A stretch of DNA of 64,000 nucleotides from Faecousia sp. (lineage in GTDB: Bacteria > Bacillota > Clostridia > Oscillospirales > Oscillospiraceae): positions 30,405 through 94,404 of the forward strand of contig JAZOWK010000010.1 in assembly GCA_045659205.1 (NCBI GenBank), in the 5' to 3' direction. The notes under the pieces are model-generated. The model did no database searches. It saw only the letters and a program-made list of their open reading frames with translations, and was not told the origin of the DNA. Both the position numbers and the translations under genes were made by a program. The first letter of the stretch is position 1. Each line of letters starts with the position of its first letter. Of the stretch, positions 57,066 through 64,000 are shown in pieces.

Positions 57066-58283
57066 ATGCGTAACAATGATTTTGAAATCAAATCCCGTGA
57101 GGAATACCGCCAGCAGATGCACAAGGCGGTAAAGGAAAATGACCCCGAAGCTTTCGCACAGGCCTGGGACGGCATGTGCATGGCAATCGGCGAGGGTCTG
57201 AAGCAGGACTATACTCAGCAGATCAATGCCCTGCAGGAAGAGCTGGACAGCCGTGTTCTGACTGCCCGCGGCGTGCGTCAGCTTACCGGCGATGAGAAGC
57301 AGTACTACCAGAAGGTCATGCAGGCTATGTCCTCCAAGGACCCCAAGCAGGCGCTGTCCAGTCTGGATGTTACTATGCCCCCCTCCATCATCGAAAGCGT
57401 TTTCGAGGATCTGAAGGCAAATCACCCCTTGCTGAGCCACATCGACTTTATGCCTTCCGGCGGTGCCGTGGAGCTGATCATGAACGAGAACGGCTATCAG
57501 GAGGCCGCCTGGGGCACCCTGTGTGCTGAGGTTGTTAAGGAGCTGACCTCCGGTTTTAAGAAGGTTTCCGCAAATCTTCTGAAGCTGTCTGCCTTCCTGC
57601 CTGTCTGTAAGGCTATGCTGGCCTTGGGCCCCACTTGGCTGGACAGATATGTGCGGGAGATCCTGTTTGAGGCTATTGCCAACGGCCTGGAAGCCGGCAT
57701 TGTAAGCGGTACCGGCAAGGAGATGCCCATTGGTATGAACCGTCAGGTGGGCGCTGGTGTTACCATCACCGATGGCGTGTACCCCGAAAAGGTAGCCATC
57801 GATGTGGAGGATCTGTCTCCCCAGACCGTTGGCGCTCTGCTGGCACAGCTGGCAGTAGATCCTAACGGCAATGCCCGGCGCATCCAAAATGTGATCATGG
57901 TCGTTAACCCTGTTGACTACTACAAACTGATCATGCCCGCAACCACCGTTATGTCTCCCGACGGTACCTATCGCAACAACGTCCTGCCTTATCCTGTGAC
58001 CATCATCGAGTCCCCTGCAGTTGATCAGGGCAAGGCCATCTTCGGCCTGGGCAAGCGTTACTTCGGTGTAGCCGGTACCAGCATTGACGGTACCATCGAC
58101 TACAGCGACCACTACCACTACGTGGAAGATGAGCGGATGTACCTGATCAAGGTCTACGCCAACGGCCTGCCTAAGGATAACGCAGCTTTCCTGGTGCTGG
58201 ATATCTCCAACCTGAAGCCTTTGACGCTGAAGGTTGAGATGGTTTCCGCCGCTGCTGCTACTGCGGACGAAGGTGCTGAATAA
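57066..58283 (+). CDS. Major capsid protein (HK97 fold)
   Basis: N-terminal coiled-coil scaffold, GTGKEMPIG; position after the protease. Confidence 0.9.
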   Translation: MRNNDFEIKSREEYRQQMHKAVKENDPEAFAQAWDGMCMAIGEGLKQDYTQQINALQEELDSRVLTARGVRQLTGDEKQYYQKVMQAMSSKDPKQALSSLDVTMPPSIIESVFEDLKANHPLLSHIDFMPSGGAVELIMNENGYQEAAWGTLCAEVVKELTSGFKKVSANLLKLSAFLPVCKAMLALGPTWLDRYVREILFEAIANGLEAGIVSGTGKEMPIGMNRQVGAGVTITDGVYPEKVAIDVEDLSPQTVGALLAQLAVDPNGNARRIQNVIMVVNPVDYYKLIMPATTVMSPDGTYRNNVLPYPVTIIESPAVDQGKAIFGLGKRYFGVAGTSIDGTIDYSDHYHYVEDERMYLIKVYANGLPKDNAAFLVLDISNLKPLTLKVEMVSAAAATADEGAE

Positions 58284-58606
58284 TGTCTGTCAATCGTTAC
58301 GCCCTCGATTACCAGTTGATGGACGAGGTTAAGGCCTATATTGGTGTTACCTGGAGTGATGCCAGCACCGATTATCGCCTCCGTGATATTGTGGCATCCA
58401 GCATGCAGTATATCATGGAGAAACTTGGTGCTGAGGTAGACTTCGCAGAATCCGGAAAGCCGAGAGAACTGCTCTTTGAACGTGTGCGATATGCATGGGC
58501 ATCTGCACTGGATGTTTTTGAAAACAACTATCTTTCGCAGATTCTGGCCATGCAGAACGAGAAGAAGGTGAGCGACTATGTGGCGAAAGCCGAACAGGCC
58601 GAGTAA
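58283..58606 (+). CDS. Head-tail connector (gp6-like)
   Basis: EVKAYIGVTW.D..D, RY...FENNY; synteny. Confidence 0.75.
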   Translation: MSVNRYALDYQLMDEVKAYIGVTWSDASTDYRLRDIVASSMQYIMEKLGAEVDFAESGKPRELLFERVRYAWASALDVFENNYLSQILAMQNEKKVSDYVAKAEQAE

Positions 58607-59234
58607 TGAGATCACGCAGACATTTAATGACGGCATTCTGACGGTGTATTCCGTCACTCCCGGTGCAGTCCCGGATGGCGAATCATTGGATGGCTTGACC
58701 GAGAAGGCAAAGCTTCTCTATGCTGAACGCAGGATGGGCGTACAGCGGTACTTTGCAGGTATCCAGGCACAGGTTAAGATCGACCGGGTACTGCGCTGCC
58801 AAAATGCCGGCTTTGTAGCCCCGCATGATGTGGTGATCACAGAAAACGGCAAGCACTACACTGTGCAAATGGTGCAGTCCTGCTATGATGTGTACCCGTC
58901 ATCTGTAGACATATCTCTTTCCGCAGTCGTTCAGCAGTATGTAACTGCGGCCCTGATATGCAGGACCTTTACGGCTGCCGGGTGGAAAGAAACAAGCCGT
59001 GATGTGAAGTGCAGCATCCACGCCGTTGATGTCAAGGAATTCTACGCTGCGCACTCTGCGAATTTCCGCCCCGAGTTGACTATGGTACTCCCGGACTACC
59101 GGGAGTACTGCGATGAAACTTTGGTAGATTATGCAGAAAAGCGTTACCGGGTGCTGCGGGCTACTCGTAACGAGCAGCAAATCGTTTTGACGTTGGAACG
59201 GGCGCCTGAGGAGGACGGTGAGATGAATGTCTAA
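58578..59234 (+). CDS. Head-closure protein, apparently two fused domains
   Basis: 218 aa; FNDG..RYF..KIDRV half and EFYAA..PE..EY..KRYRV half. Confidence 0.65.
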   Translation: MWRKPNRPSNEITQTFNDGILTVYSVTPGAVPDGESLDGLTEKAKLLYAERRMGVQRYFAGIQAQVKIDRVLRCQNAGFVAPHDVVITENGKHYTVQMVQSCYDVYPSSVDISLSAVVQQYVTAALICRTFTAAGWKETSRDVKCSIHAVDVKEFYAAHSANFRPELTMVLPDYREYCDETLVDYAEKRYRVLRATRNEQQIVLTLERAPEEDGEMNV

Positions 59235-59616
59235 AACTACCATCAAACCCTCCGAGCTTGGTGATGCCCTTGCTGAACAGCTTGGCTTATACCAAGAGGA
59301 AGTAATTGAGGAGCTAAACGCCTGCGGTGAGGCTGCTGTGGAAGAACTGGTCAAGCTAACAAAAGAAAGCGCACCGGATAGAACCGGTGCTTTTAAGAGG
59401 GCCATCACATACACTGCGACAGCCACACCGTCAGGCGTTAAGCGATTCACCTGGGGCGCTAAGGCACCGCAATACCGAAAGACTCATCTGCTCGTAAACG
59501 GGCACGAAGGCCCCAATGGTAGCCGCGTACCGGGTGACCCCTTCCTGGAGAATGCCCTGGATGTTGTGCTGCCAAAATATGAGAAGAACGTGGAGGAGGC
59601 GCTGACAAATGGTTGA
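59227..59616 (+). CDS. HK97 gp10-like neck protein
   Basis: APDRTG, THLLVNGH, PFL. Confidence 0.8.
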   Translation: MSKTTIKPSELGDALAEQLGLYQEEVIEELNACGEAAVEELVKLTKESAPDRTGAFKRAITYTATATPSGVKRFTWGAKAPQYRKTHLLVNGHEGPNGSRVPGDPFLENALDVVLPKYEKNVEEALTNG

Positions 59617-59944
59617 TAAGATTTTGGAGGCGGCCGCCATTCCTGCTAAGCCGGCGCGGTTTGCTGACCCTCCGGCCCTCCATGCAGTCTATTTTGACAG
59701 TAAGGAAGCGGACGGCCCGGATATCGGGCATGCAACAAGCATTGCCCACAGCTGCACTGTGGAGCTCTACGCGCCTAACATAAGCGTCGGAAACGATGCT
59801 ATGTTGCGGCTGCAATCTGAACTGGGTGCCCGCAGCATCCGGTTCACCACACAAGGCTGGTATTGGCTGAGTGCTATTCAGCGGTACCAGGAAATTATCG
59901 AATTTACTTATACTGAAAAAATTAACAGGAGGAAAGAGATATGA
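59609..59944 (+). CDS. Putative tail terminator
   Basis: Synteny; TVELY motif. Confidence 0.6.
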   Translation: MVDKILEAAAIPAKPARFADPPALHAVYFDSKEADGPDIGHATSIAHSCTVELYAPNISVGNDAMLRLQSELGARSIRFTTQGWYWLSAIQRYQEIIEFTYTEKINRRKEI

Positions 59945-60531
59945 GCAAAAGAACAAATGCTGACAAGATTACACTCGGTTCCGGCAAGGCGTACATCATG
60001 GAGTACACCGGAAAAATGCCCGAACCCGAGGTCATTTGCATCGAAAAGAATCTCTTAGGCAAGATCAAGGGCGGCGCAGAGCTGACATACACCACGGAAA
60101 ACCACGATGAAAAAGACGACCTGGGCGAGGTGGCCAAGATCGTGATCACTGCCGAGGAGGCCCTTCTCAAGCTGGGTCTGATCACCTTTAACGGTAGGAC
60201 GCTAGCATATTTAGCAGACCGCTGCAGGGTAACCGAGGGTAATGGTAGACGCACTGTGTATATTGGCGGCGCAGGTAACGCTCAGGGCAAGGAGTGGGTC
60301 GTCTGCTTTGCACACGAGGATAAGGTGGACGGTAACATGTGGGTGCGCATGCGTGGTGCAAACCAGGCAGGCCTCACCCTGACCTACGCAGTGGACGCCG
60401 GCACCAAGATAGAGCCCCAATTTAAGGCGTTGCCTTGTGACTCTGCTGGTACCCTCATCATCTACGATGAGGAAATCGACAAAAATTCCGAGACCGGTGG
60501 GCAGACCGAGTCCACAAATTCCGAAGAATAA
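59941..60531 (+). CDS. Major tail protein
   Basis: ITLGSG, LGKIKGGAEL; position before the chaperone and tape measure. Confidence 0.75.
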   Translation: MSKRTNADKITLGSGKAYIMEYTGKMPEPEVICIEKNLLGKIKGGAELTYTTENHDEKDDLGEVAKIVITAEEALLKLGLITFNGRTLAYLADRCRVTEGNGRRTVYIGGAGNAQGKEWVVCFAHEDKVDGNMWVRMRGANQAGLTLTYAVDAGTKIEPQFKALPCDSAGTLIIYDEEIDKNSETGGQTESTNSEE

Positions 60532-60589
60532 GTAAAAGAGGGAGGACATCGCGCCTCCCTCTTAATTCATATATCGAGGAGATCTATCA

Positions 60590-60931
60590 ATGAACACTTT
60601 GCAATTTAACCGTTATAGACCGCCCATTTTCCCCGTGGAGCTGATGGATGAGCGGCGCACCGTCCTGCATATAACGCCGCCCACGGTGGATCTGCAGGAA
60701 GAACTCCGGGCCCGTATTGGTGAACTGAATGCGCTGCTCTCAGGCACGGATGACGAAATGAGGCAAGGCCTTTTTGACTTGGCTGCAAGACTTATGAGCT
60801 GCAATCGCAATATGCAGCAGATCACACCGGAGCAGCTTCGCACTGCATACGGCCTCGACGAAGGCGACTTGGTCGTCTTTTTTGAGGCATACGCCGATTT
60901 TTTGAAAGGCATTGAAAACGCAAAAAACTGA
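60590..60931 (+). CDS. Tail assembly chaperone (G)
   Basis: Between MTP and tape measure; ends GCA AAA AAC TGA. Confidence 0.75.
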   Translation: MNTLQFNRYRPPIFPVELMDERRTVLHITPPTVDLQEELRARIGELNALLSGTDDEMRQGLFDLAARLMSCNRNMQQITPEQLRTAYGLDEGDLVVFFEAYADFLKGIENAKN

Positions 60932-61221
60932 TACTCCCGCAGTATTCCATGGAGGAAACTGCGGGGCGTCATAACTATACAAATACCACCTGGGAACGTC
61001 GGCTTGTTTCTGAATATACCGGCTTGACATTCCTTCAGGTGGGGCAGCTCGATTACGGGCTGTATTTGCTTTGGCTCCGGGATGCCTATATACACTCTCT
61101 GAACCGCACGGAGGAAGGGCGTGAATATTTGGATAACGCCTGGAGAATGGAGCAAACAAAACCGGACCGGGCAAAGCTACGGTCGAAAGTGGGAAAGGGG
61201 GCACCTGCGTGTGGACAATAA
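60922..61221 (+). CDS. Tail chaperone -1 frameshift extension (GT)
   Basis: Slippery A AAA AAC at 60922-60928; -1 frame open (KLILPQYSMEE...) to 61221. Confidence 0.75.
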   Translation, partial: KKLILPQYSMEETAGRHNYTNTTWERRLVSEYTGLTFLQVGQLDYGLYLLWLRDAYIHSLNRTEEGREYLDNAWRMEQTKPDRAKLRSKVGKGAPACGQ

Positions 61222-64000
61222 GACGTTAAAAGGTTTAACCATAGAGATCGGCGGCGATACTACCAAGCTTGGCAAGGCTCTTGCGGATGTCGAGAAGCAA
61301 GGTCGAGATCTATCCAGCGAACTGGGCCAGATCAATAAGCTTTTGAAGTTGGACCCTAAGAACACAGAGCTGCTGGCTCAAAAGCAGAAGGTGCTTAGTG
61401 AGGCGATCGCTAATACTGAGAAAAAGCTGGGCACTCTCCGCGAGGCAGAAAAGCAGGTACAAGCCCAGTTTGAGCGTGGAGAAGTCTCTGAGGCTCAGTA
61501 CCGCGCACTCCAGCGCGAGATCGTCGAGGCTGAGAACAAACTCAAGGGATATGAGAAAGCCGCCAAAGAGACTGCTGATGCTCAACAGCACCTTGCGGAT
61601 GAAGCCGGAAATGTTGGCGAAAAGATGGATGATGCCGGGGAGGCCTCCGATGAGGCTGGTGGCAAGTTTAATGTGGCCGGTGCAGCAGCTGCTGCACTCA
61701 CTGCTGCATTTGTCGCTCTTGGCAAGGCTGGTGTAGATGCATTTAATGAGATTGATGGCGGCGCTGACAATGTAATCCGTGCAACTGGAGCCATCGGCGC
61801 AACCGCCGATGACTTGGAGGAATCTTATAAAGAGGTAGCTTCCCAAGTAGTCGGATCCTTTGAGGATATCGGCGCAACGGTCGGTGAAGTGAATACCCGC
61901 TTTGGATATACCGGCAAACAGCTGGAAGAAGTCTCTACCGATTTTATGAAGTTCGCAGAAGTAACGGGTGTTAACAGCGCAGATGCCGTTAAGGCCGTTA
62001 CCAGGGCTCTAAACGACTCCGGTATTCCGCTGGATGAGTACAAGATTTTACTGGATCAGCTGGCTAAAGCCGGCCAGGCGGCCGGTATTGACGTAACCAA
62101 GCTGGCAGAAGGCCTAAGTGTCAACGGCGCTACAATGCGGTCTATGGGGCTGGATACGGCTGAGTCCATCGCACTTCTTGCACAATTCGAGCTTTCCGGC
62201 GCGGATGCTACAACAATGCTCTCCGGCATGAAGAAGGCAATGGCAACCTGGGCAAGTGAGGGCAAAAACGGGAGCCAGGAATTTGAAAAGTTGTGTGAGG
62301 GTATAAAGAGCGGAAGTGTTTCCGCCGCCGATGCCCTCGATGTTTTTGGTACTCGTGCCGGCCCTCAGTTGGTTGATGCAATCCAAAGTGGGAAGTTTGA
62401 GTACCAGGATATGCTTGAGACCCTCCGTAAATCCCAGGGCACTTTGGAGGCCACGTTTGGAGAATTAGCTGACGGTGGGTATTCAGTAGATCGATCCCTT
62501 CAGAGGGTTAAGGTCATTATGAGCGACGTGGGTGAGGAGATCATGGAGAGTGCCGCGCCCGCGCTTGAAGAGTTTGTGGACTATCTGGAGGACAGTGGGG
62601 CAGCCAAAAAGCTGGGTGACACGATCCGCACAAAAGTTGTGCCGGCGCTCAAGACGATAGGCTCTTGGGTGGGTCAAAACGGCCCGGCTATTAAGGGCAT
62701 GGCGGCAGGAGCAGCGGCCGCATTTGTTGCATACAAAGTCGCTGTTGTTGCCTCTACTGTGTCTCATAAAGGCCTGAAGGGCGCCATCATGGCCACAACC
62801 GTGGCCCAGAAAGCACTGAACCTCGTGCAGAAAGCGACTCCTTGGGGACTTGTGGCAGCAGGCGTAGCGACTGTTGCGGCCGGTCTCGTAGCCTACAAAA
62901 TAGCAACAGACGATGCTGCTAAATCCGCCTCGAACTTAACTGAGGAGGAGCAGGCGCTGATCAAAGAAGCGGAGGAAGCTGCTGAGGCTTTCCGCGAACA
63001 GCGCAAAGCCACTGATGAGGCGCTCGGCAAGACCACCACCGAAATGAAAAATGTGCAGGACCTGGCCGATGAGCTCAGAAGCCTGGCGGACGCTTCCGGC
63101 CGGGTACAGGAAAAAGACCAGGCCCGCGCTGATCTTATCTTAGGCAGGCTGAACGAGGCGCTCGGCACCGAGTACAGCCAGGTCGAGGGGCTCATTCAAG
63201 GATTTGGTGAGCTTTGCAACTCCATCGACCAGGTGATCCTCTCTAAGACAGCCAACGCTCTGCTGGAAAAAGCTAATCCGGAATATTTAGCAGCCCTCGA
63301 GCAAGAGACTACTGCCTGGAACGAGAAGAAGATCAAATTGAAAGACTACGAAGCCCAGCAGGAAGTGGTCAAACAGGCTGAAGAAGAATACCTCACCTGG
63401 AAGGAACTCTACAACGATGCCTTGCAGAAGGGCGACTTCCAGACGGCAGCAACGGCCCAAACCATGATCGCGGATAAAGAAAAGGCATGGGACAGGGAGA
63501 AGGCCACTCTTGAGGACAAATGGAATAAATACGTTACAGCTAATCTCGCTTACGAGGAACTGCAGGCCGTGATCGGGAACTACGAAAAAGCCCAAGAGGA
63601 AGCCTTAAAAGGTAATTACCAAACCGCGGTGGACCTCTTCGCCCGAAAAGGGGACCTCTACACGGAGCACGCTGAGACCGTAGACAAGAAAACAGCAGAA
63701 GTACTCGCGACCCTGGAGAAAGAGGCGTATGACGCATACGTTCACGCGAAAAACACAAAGGCAAACTTTGAAAATGGCGTGTCCGGCTACACCGAGGAAA
63801 TGGTGAAGGAGGCAGAACAGTCTCACCAGAAATTACTCGATGAGTATAATACCGCTTATGATGACGCTTTCGCGATTTACCAGGACTTCGGCCGGGGCGC
63901 AGTTGCTGGCCTTGGGAGTATGACCGACGCAATTATAGCCGCTGGTGTTACGCAAGTCAGGCTGCTTCTGGATGCTGAAAAAAACGAGGCAGATTCTCAC
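61211..64000 (+). CDS. Tail tape measure protein (3' truncated by window)
   Basis: GTG start: (M)DNKTLKGLTIEIGGDTTKL; long Ala-rich helical frame apparently open to the window end, hence absent from the ORF track. Confidence 0.88.
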   Translation, partial: MDNKTLKGLTIEIGGDTTKLGKALADVEKQGRDLSSELGQINKLLKLDPKNTELLAQKQKVLSEAIANTEKKLGTLREAEKQVQAQFERGEVSEAQYRALQREIVEAENKLKGYEKAAKETADAQQHLADEAGNVGEKMDDAGEASDEAGGKFNVAGAAAAALTAAFVALGKAGVDAFNEIDGGADNVIRATGAIGATADDLEESYKEVASQVVGSFEDIGATVGEVNTRFGYTGKQLEEVSTDFMKFAEVTGVNSADAVKAVTRALNDSGIPLDEYKILLDQLAKAGQAAGIDVTKLAEGLSVNGATMRSMGLDTAESIALLAQFELSGADATTMLSGMKKAMATWASEGKNGSQEFEKLCEGIKSGSVSAADALDVFGTRAGPQLVDAIQSGKFEYQDMLETLRKSQGTLEATFGELADGGYSVDRSLQRVKVIMSDVGEEIMESAAPALEEFVDYLEDSGAAKKLGDTIRTKVVPALKTIGSWVGQNGPAIKGMAAGAAAAFVAYKVAVVASTVSHKGLKGAIMATTVAQKALNLVQKATPWGLVAAGVATVAAGLVAYKIATDDAAKSASNLTEEEQALIKEAEEAAEAFREQRKATDEALGKTTTEMKNVQDLADELRSLADASGRVQEKDQARADLILGRLNEALGTEYSQVEGLIQGFGELCNSIDQVILSKTANALLEKANPEYLAALEQETTAWNEKKIKLKDYEAQQEVVKQAEEEYLTWKELYNDALQKGDFQTAATAQTMIADKEKAWDREKATLEDKWNKYVTANLAYEELQAVIGNYEKAQEEALKGNYQTAVDLFARKGDLYTEHAETVDKKTAEVLATLEKEAYDAYVHAKNTKANFENGVSGYTEEMVKEAEQSHQKLLDEYNTAYDDAFAIYQDFGRGAVAGLGSMTDAIIAAGVTQVRLLLDAEKNEADSH

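Larger units (their letters stand above)
37861..64000. mobile_element. Temperate siphovirus-like prophage (left part; continues beyond window)
   Basis: att, integrase, repressor/Cro, replication, accessory, terminase, portal, protease, capsid, tail genes in canonical order. Confidence 0.96.

Overview
A Bacillota chromosome segment, probably Oscillospiraceae-like (inferred from gene content). Positions 1-37.8 kb are mostly housekeeping. They hold the end of a capsule sugar locus (fnlB/fnlC-like), T-box-controlled ileS, divIVA-sepF-yggS, hfq-miaA-mutL-mutS-miaB, a TldD/PmbA pair, a TetR islet, msrA, DUF1538 with two PII-like genes, yebC, nif3, trmK and three tRNAs. From about 37.86 kb to the window end lies a temperate siphovirus-like prophage integrated at a tRNA-Ser-like 3' end, with lysogeny, replication, accessory, packaging, head and tail modules. 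The main signal is a complete diversity-generating retroelement (DGR) in the early accessory region rather than at a tail fibre. It has two tandem small soluble target genes, Avd, a 64-nt template repeat and a reverse transcriptase (RT); the two variable repeats differ from the template almost only at adenines. The RT is translationally coupled to an HUH rolling-circle endonuclease followed by a candidate origin hairpin. A second unexplained signal is a structured element at the 3' end of both tRNA units and of the att-site tRNA fragment. Each copy carries an inverted copy of its own neighbouring tRNA's T-loop-to-CCA end.
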